Assembly: GCA_003858585.1 (NCBI GenBank)
Contig: RQZE01000002.1
Span: 140,227 to 172,226 of the forward strand
DNA: 32,000 bases
Reading direction: 5' to 3'
Source: Erysipelotrichaceae bacterium OH741_COT-311
GTDB taxonomy: Bacteria > Bacillota_I > Bacilli_A > Erysipelotrichales > Erysipelotrichaceae
Part shown: positions 25,070-32,000 of the stretch, in pieces
How positions within the stretch are numbered: the first letter of the stretch is position 1
How the letters are laid out: each line of letters opens with the position of its first letter
Notes under the pieces: generated by a model
Database searches by the model: none
What the model saw: the letters and a program-made list of their open reading frames with translations, nothing else
Told to the model about the DNA's origin: nothing
Translations under genes and position numbers: made by a program

Positions 25070-26809
25070 ATGGTAAACAAACGATTATTAAAGATGATGG
25101 GGAAATCCAAACGTTATATTTGGATGACTGTCTTTGTAAACTGGCTAAGTTTATTAGCGAGTATTGTATTTATTTATGTAGCAGGAACAATCTTAAATGA
25201 TATGTTTAACGATAAGGTAGAAGCCATGCGTCTGGTGTATGCTTTTTTGATTGTTGTAGGATGCATTTTGATTAAATATGTAACAAGCATTTATGCATCA
25301 AAGATGACATTTTTATCAAGTAAAGATGTAAAAACGGTCTTAAGAGAAACAATCTATAACAAATTAAATACATTAGGGGTGAATTATCATCAAAAGATAC
25401 ATACTTCAAGTATTATCCAGGTCGCTATCGAGGGTGTAGAACAGTTAGAAACCTACTTTGGAGCTTTTTTGCCACAGTTGTTTTATAGTGTGTTAGCTCC
25501 GGTTACTTTATTTTTACTTCTAACAACGATTAGTTTTAAAGCGGCGATTGTGCTGTTGATTTGTGTTCCTTTGATTCCATTGTCGATTGTTGCGGTTATG
25601 AAAATTGCTAAGAAATTATTAAGTCGTTATTGGAATCGATATACAAAACTGGGAGATCATTTCTTGGAAAACATTCAGGGTTTAACTACGCTTAAAATTT
25701 ATCAACAAGATGAAGCAAAAGCGAAACAAATGGATGCAGAGGCTCAAAATTTCCGTAAAGTAACAATGAAAGTGTTAACGATGCAGTTAAATTCGATTGC
25801 AGTTATGGACATCATTGCTTATGGTGGGGCAGCGATTGGAACGATCATTGCTATTTTTGAGTTTCAAAAAGGGGCGATTGATTTTTTAGGTTTTTTTATC
25901 ATTGTGATGTTATCTTCTGAGTTTTTTATACCATTGCGTTTATTGGGTTCTTTTTTCCATGTGGCGATGAATTCTGTAGCAGCATCCAATAAAATATTTG
26001 AATTATTAGATTTACCGGAAAGTAGTCAAGATGGAGTTTCATTGTCAGAAACAATCACTCAAATTAATGCAAGTGATGTATCCTTTGCCTATGAAAAACA
26101 ACGTGGCATTTTAAAAAATATTACATTTTCCGCATCAAAGGACAAGCTTGTTGCCTTTGTTGGTGAAAGTGGTAGTGGAAAAAGTAGTATTGCTAAAGTG
26201 TTGATGGGAATGAATAAAGGGTATCAAGGTAGTATAACGGTGAATGCACATGAATTATCGAGTTTAAGTGATGCCAGTATCATGCAGAAAATGACGTTGA
26301 TTAGTAACAATAATTATGTCTTTAAAGGTAGTGTTCGTGAAAACTTAACGATGGGTAAGTCTATAAGTGATCAACGTTTGTATGATGTGTTGAGGCAAGT
26401 GAAGCTCTATGATTTTCTTATGAGTTTAGATGGATTAGATACGAAGTTATTACAACAAGGGAATAATCTATCAGGTGGACAAAAACAACGTTTAACTATT
26501 GCAAGAGCACTTTTAAAGGATAGTGATGTTTATATCTTTGATGAAGCAACGTCTAATATTGATGTTGAAAGTGAAACAACAATTATGGAGGTAATTTATA
26601 ATCTTGCTAAAAGTAAAATGGTTATTATGATTTCGCATCGTTTGGCAAATGTAGAAGGAGCAAATTGTATTTATGTTTTAAAAGACGGTAAGCTGGTAGA
26701 GTCTGGAAGTCATCAAGAATTAATGCATAAACAAGGACAGTATTTTATGTTACATAATCAACAATCACAATTAGAACAGTATAGTAGAAAGGATGTGCAA
26801 TATGAATAG
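25070..26809 (+). CDS. cydD: ABC exporter fused permease/ATPase half-transporter, CydD-like
   Basis: 579 aa. Six-TM exporter domain plus an NBD (Walker A GESGSGKSS, signature LSGGQKQRL, Walker B VYIFDEATSNID). It is paired with a CydC-like partner. The symbol is tentative. Confidence 0.6.
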   Translation: MVNKRLLKMMGKSKRYIWMTVFVNWLSLLASIVFIYVAGTILNDMFNDKVEAMRLVYAFLIVVGCILIKYVTSIYASKMTFLSSKDVKTVLRETIYNKLNTLGVNYHQKIHTSSIIQVAIEGVEQLETYFGAFLPQLFYSVLAPVTLFLLLTTISFKAAIVLLICVPLIPLSIVAVMKIAKKLLSRYWNRYTKLGDHFLENIQGLTTLKIYQQDEAKAKQMDAEAQNFRKVTMKVLTMQLNSIAVMDIIAYGGAAIGTIIAIFEFQKGAIDFLGFFIIVMLSSEFFIPLRLLGSFFHVAMNSVAASNKIFELLDLPESSQDGVSLSETITQINASDVSFAYEKQRGILKNITFSASKDKLVAFVGESGSGKSSIAKVLMGMNKGYQGSITVNAHELSSLSDASIMQKMTLISNNNYVFKGSVRENLTMGKSISDQRLYDVLRQVKLYDFLMSLDGLDTKLLQQGNNLSGGQKQRLTIARALLKDSDVYIFDEATSNIDVESETTIMEVIYNLAKSKMVIMISHRLANVEGANCIYVLKDGKLVESGSHQELMHKQGQYFMLHNQQSQLEQYSRKDVQYE

Positions 26810-28475
26810 AAGTGGATTTAAAGTCATGCGTAGCTTAATTTCACTGGTATATCCTTTGTTGCATGTCATGGTTTTAGCAATTACTACAGGTGTTTTAGGT
26901 TTTTTATTAGCGACATTTATTACGATTTTAGGAGCATTTGCTATCGCAAACATACTGGGTTATGATATGGGTTTATCTTTAAACACCATTCTATTATGGA
27001 TTGGGTTATGTGCTATTTTTAGAGGAGTATTGCGTTACATTGAGCAATTATCTAATCACTACATTGCCTTTAAGATTTTAGCCTTATTGCGTAATATTGT
27101 ATTTAAAGTCTTAAGAAACTTAGCACCAGCTAAATTGGATGGTAAGGATTCTGGTGACTTAATCGCATTAATTACAAGTGATATTGAACTATTGGAAGTC
27201 TTTTATGCTCATACGATTTCTCCGATTGCCATTGGTTTTCTTACATCACTGATTATGGTGATTTTCATCATGCATTATAGTTTTTATGTAGGAATAATCG
27301 CAATGTTTGCTTATATTACTGTAGGATATATCATACCGGTTACTTTATATAAATATGGACAAAAAGAAGGGTTGCAATATCGTAAAGAGTTTGCAGATTT
27401 GAATAATTACTTTTTAGATAATCTACGTGGATTGCAAGAAATTATGCAATATGATGCCCAAGAGTATCGTAAAGAATTTGTTATGCATAAAACAAATCAA
27501 TTACATTCTAATCAAGAATTATTGAAGAAGTATGAAGGGATTACTCGTGGCATTACAAATGTTGCGGTGGTTTTCTTTTCGATGTTAGGTTTATTTGTAA
27601 ATGCCTATCTTTATCAAAAAACATCTTTTGGTCTTCATTTAGCATTGAATTTTCCACAAGCGTTAATTTCAACTGTGGCATTAATGAGTTCCTTTGGACC
27701 GGTATTAGCCTTAAGCAGTTTATCCGGAAATCTTCGCTACACATTGGCAAGTGGAAATCGTTTGTTAGATTTATTACAAGAAGAAAGTGTAGTTGAGGAA
27801 GTGGTTGATGGAAAGAAGGTAGAGATGGGTGATGTTTGCTTACATCAGGTAAGTTTTGCTTATCAAAAAGAAGAGCCCATTTTAAAAGACTATTCCTTAA
27901 AGGTAGAAAAGAATAAAATTATAGGTATATGTGGGAAAAGTGGTAGTGGTAAATCTACAATCTTAAAATTAATGATGCGTTTTTATGATCCACATAAAGG
28001 TATGTTAACTTTAAATGATGTAAATCTAAAAGAGATTTCTACAAGTCATTTAAGAGATTTACAAAGTTATGTTATTCAAGATACGCATTTATTTAACGAT
28101 ACCATCCTTAATAACATTACACTTGGAAAAGATATACCGTTAGAAAAAGTACAGCAAGCATGTAAAAAAGCTTCTATTGATAATTTTATAGAAGCTTTGC
28201 CGGAAGGATATGATAGTCAAGTAGCAGAACTTGGATCTTCTTTGTCGAGTGGTGAGCGTCAAAGAATAGGGCTGGCACGTGCATTTTTATATGATAGTCC
28301 AATGATTTTATTAGATGAGCCAACAAGCAATCTAGATAGCTTAAATGAAGGTATTATTTTAAAAGCGCTAAAAGAAGAATCTAAGAATAAAACTGTTGTT
28401 TTAGTTTCTCATCGTCAATCAACCATGAATATTGCAGATCAAAGTTATCAAATTGATACAATTCGTAAGAGTTAG
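26802..28475 (+). CDS. cydC: ABC exporter fused permease/ATPase half-transporter, CydC-like
   Basis: TMD segment RGVLRYIEQLSNHYIAFKILALLRNIVF...SGDLIALITSDIELLE resembles the CydC/CydD family pattern. NBD has GKSGSGKST, LSSGERQRIGLARA and ILLDEPTSNLD. I prefer the ATG at 26802 (AAAGGA, 8-nt spacer) over 26793. It overlaps the upstream gene by 8 nt. Confidence 0.6.
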   Translation: MNRSGFKVMRSLISLVYPLLHVMVLAITTGVLGFLLATFITILGAFAIANILGYDMGLSLNTILLWIGLCAIFRGVLRYIEQLSNHYIAFKILALLRNIVFKVLRNLAPAKLDGKDSGDLIALITSDIELLEVFYAHTISPIAIGFLTSLIMVIFIMHYSFYVGIIAMFAYITVGYIIPVTLYKYGQKEGLQYRKEFADLNNYFLDNLRGLQEIMQYDAQEYRKEFVMHKTNQLHSNQELLKKYEGITRGITNVAVVFFSMLGLFVNAYLYQKTSFGLHLALNFPQALISTVALMSSFGPVLALSSLSGNLRYTLASGNRLLDLLQEESVVEEVVDGKKVEMGDVCLHQVSFAYQKEEPILKDYSLKVEKNKIIGICGKSGSGKSTILKLMMRFYDPHKGMLTLNDVNLKEISTSHLRDLQSYVIQDTHLFNDTILNNITLGKDIPLEKVQQACKKASIDNFIEALPEGYDSQVAELGSSLSSGERQRIGLARAFLYDSPMILLDEPTSNLDSLNEGIILKALKEESKNKTVVLVSHRQSTMNIADQSYQIDTIRKS

Positions 28476-28551
28476 TTTCTTGGTGTAAGTGGTTACATTG
28501 GGGTTTCGTGTGAAATGATAGTAAAACCATGATAAATAATAAACTTTTTAA

Positions 28552-28580
28552 TTGTTTCATAGGGTTGCAGGTGGTATAAT
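28552..28580 (+). promoter_or_regulatory. Candidate sigma-A promoter of the pgk-tpiA-eno operon
   Basis: TTGTTT (28552-28557), a 17-nt spacer, then TGgTATAAT (TATAAT at 28575-28580). It lies 28 nt upstream of the pgk ATG. Confidence 0.5.
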
Positions 28581-28608
28581 CATACTGTATAAAGGAGGAA
28601 TTTTTAAT

Positions 28609-29805
28609 ATGGCAAAAAAGACAGTTTTTGATTTGGATGTTAAAGGGAAACGTGTCCTTGTTCGTGTAGATTTTAACGTTCCTATCAAAGAAGGTAAAAT
28701 TACAAACGATAATCGTATTGTAAGTGCGCTTCCAACAATTAATTATTTAATTGAACATGGAGCAAAAATTATACTGCTTTCACATTTAGGTAAAGTTGAT
28801 CACAAAGATCCGGTAAAATGTGAAGAAAACAAAAAGAAAAACAATATGGCTCCAGTAGCGGTGCGTTTACAAGAACTTGTAAATACAAAGGTTACATTCG
28901 TAAATCAAACAAGAGGTGCGGAATTAGAGGAAGCTGTTAAAAACTTAAATGATGGTGAAATCGTGTTAATGCAAAATACACGTTATGAAAAAGGTGAAAG
29001 TAAAAATGATCCGGAGCTTGCAAAATATTGGGCAAGTTTAGGGGATTTATTCGTTACAGATGCTTTTGGTTCTGTGCATAGAGCTCATGCTTCAACTGTT
29101 GGAATTGCAGAAATTTTACCTAGTGCTTTAGGCTTCTTAGTACAAAAGGAAGTAGAATGTTTATCAGCTGCAATTGATAATCCAAAACGTCCTTTAGTAG
29201 CGATTTTAGGTGGAGCTAAAGTAAGTGATAAAATTGCCGTTATTGAAAACTTATTAAAAATTGCTGATAAGGTAATTATTGGTGGTGGAATGTCTTATAC
29301 ATTTGCAAAAGCGTTAGGACGTAACATCGGTACTTCTTTACTTGAAGAAGATAAAATTGAATTAGCAAAAGAATTTTTAGAAAAAGGAAAAGATAAATTA
29401 ATTTTACCTGTAGATACAAATTGTGCAAATGATTTTGATAATCCGACAGAAATCAAAGTCTTTGAAGGTGATATTCCGGATGATTTTATGGGTTTGGATA
29501 TTGGACCTAAAACAATTGAATTATTTAAAAAAGAATTAGAGGGTGCAAAAACTGTAGTTTGGAATGGACCAATGGGTGTATTTGAAAATCCAACATTTGC
29601 AGTAGGTACGATTGAGATTTGTAAAGCAATTTCAGAGCTTCCTGGTGCAATGACAGTCATTGGTGGAGGAGATAGTGCTTCTGCAGCGATTAACTTAGGA
29701 TTTAAAGATAAGTTTACTCACATTTCAACAGGTGGAGGAGCATCATTAGAATATATGGAAGGGAAAGTACTTCCGGGTATTGCAATTATTCAGGAGAAGG
29801 ATTAA
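28609..29805 (+). CDS. pgk: Phosphoglycerate kinase
   Basis: [40 protein letters not shown] and [10 protein letters not shown] are classic PGK motifs. The ATG at 28609 follows AAAGGAGGA. The ORF-track start at 28552 lies inside the promoter. Confidence 0.93.
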   Translation: MAKKTVFDLDVKGKRVLVRVDFNVPIKEGKITNDNRIVSALPTINYLIEHGAKIILLSHLGKVDHKDPVKCEENKKKNNMAPVAVRLQELVNTKVTFVNQTRGAELEEAVKNLNDGEIVLMQNTRYEKGESKNDPELAKYWASLGDLFVTDAFGSVHRAHASTVGIAEILPSALGFLVQKEVECLSAAIDNPKRPLVAILGGAKVSDKIAVIENLLKIADKVIIGGGMSYTFAKALGRNIGTSLLEEDKIELAKEFLEKGKDKLILPVDTNCANDFDNPTEIKVFEGDIPDDFMGLDIGPKTIELFKKELEGAKTVVWNGPMGVFENPTFAVGTIEICKAISELPGAMTVIGGGDSASAAINLGFKDKFTHISTGGGASLEYMEGKVLPGIAIIQEKD

Positions 29806-29807
29806 GA

Positions 29808-31873
<2,066 letters not shown>

Positions 31874-31876
31874 TGA

Positions 31877-31904
31877 AAAAAGCTCACAAATTGTGAGCTT
31901 TTAT
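31877..31904 (+). terminator. Intrinsic terminator after eno
   Basis: AGCTCACAA-a-TTGTGAGCT inverted repeat, flanked by an A-run upstream and TTTTATT downstream. Confidence 0.75.
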
Positions 31905-31911
31905 TATATAG

Positions 31912-31935
31912 AAAAACCACGCCATAGTGGCGTGG
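31912..31935 (-). terminator. Probable intrinsic terminator for a convergent minus-strand gene lying beyond the right edge
   Basis: GC-rich hairpin CCACGCCA-tag-TGGCGTGG (31917-31935), preceded on the plus strand by AAAAA, which reads as a U-tract on the minus strand. Confidence 0.55.
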
Positions 31936-32000
31936 GTAAAGATGAGCTTAAGCGATGAACAAAAAAGTCCTTCTTATGCTAAACTTTGAATAAGCCAGCC

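Noticed and set aside
28476-28551. The 133-nt region upstream of pgk, checked for a riboswitch, CggR-type operator or terminator after the CydC-like gene
   Set aside because: It contains only a 5-bp stem (TGTAA/TTACA) and a short direct repeat (ATGATA twice). I recognise no conserved riboswitch core, and the stem has no U-tract.
29295-29660. 121-aa antisense ORF within pgk, with similar ones in tpiA (30020-30229) and eno (30627-30884)
   Set aside because: They are antisense to extremely conserved glycolytic genes. Long antisense ORFs are expected here from stop-codon-poor complementary frames.

Overview
AT-rich (roughly one-third GC by eye) chromosomal segment from a low-GC Gram-positive bacterium (Bacillota). 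I cannot place it more precisely. All long ORFs are intact, coding density is high, and most genes have AGGAGG-type Shine-Dalgarno sites. I found no rRNA, tRNA, CRISPR array, transposase, integrase or phage genes. Gene content, left to right: (i) a minus-strand zinc-uptake operon, zur-znuA-znuC, with a near-consensus promoter and a perfect 7-1-7 Fur-family box; (ii) a MATE efflux gene whose 3' end overlaps a cytoplasmic type I pullulanase/debranching enzyme; (iii) a small acidic hypothetical protein, divergent from two tandem DUF885-type lipoproteins; (iv) H2O-forming NADH oxidase; (v) an OmpR-type response regulator, a histidine kinase and an ABC-2 exporter; (vi) an orphan MalE/MalX-like solute-binding lipoprotein; (vii) glycogen synthesis genes glgC-glgD-glgA; (viii) a 1476-aa surface pullulanase with four CBM41-like modules, behind a promoter that overlaps a CG-centred palindromic operator; (ix) a DUF454 membrane protein plus a CydD/CydC-like heterodimeric ABC exporter; (x) glycolytic genes pgk-tpiA-eno. 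I read this as mostly core metabolic and housekeeping sequence. I do not see a convincing new multi-gene system such as a defence island, toxin module or biosynthetic cluster. The least understood parts are the tandem DUF885 lipoproteins with the divergent small acidic protein, the two-component/ABC-2 module with an unknown signal, and the orphan binding protein plus the atypically anchored pullulanase. All functional calls rest on motif recognition by eye and need database confirmation.
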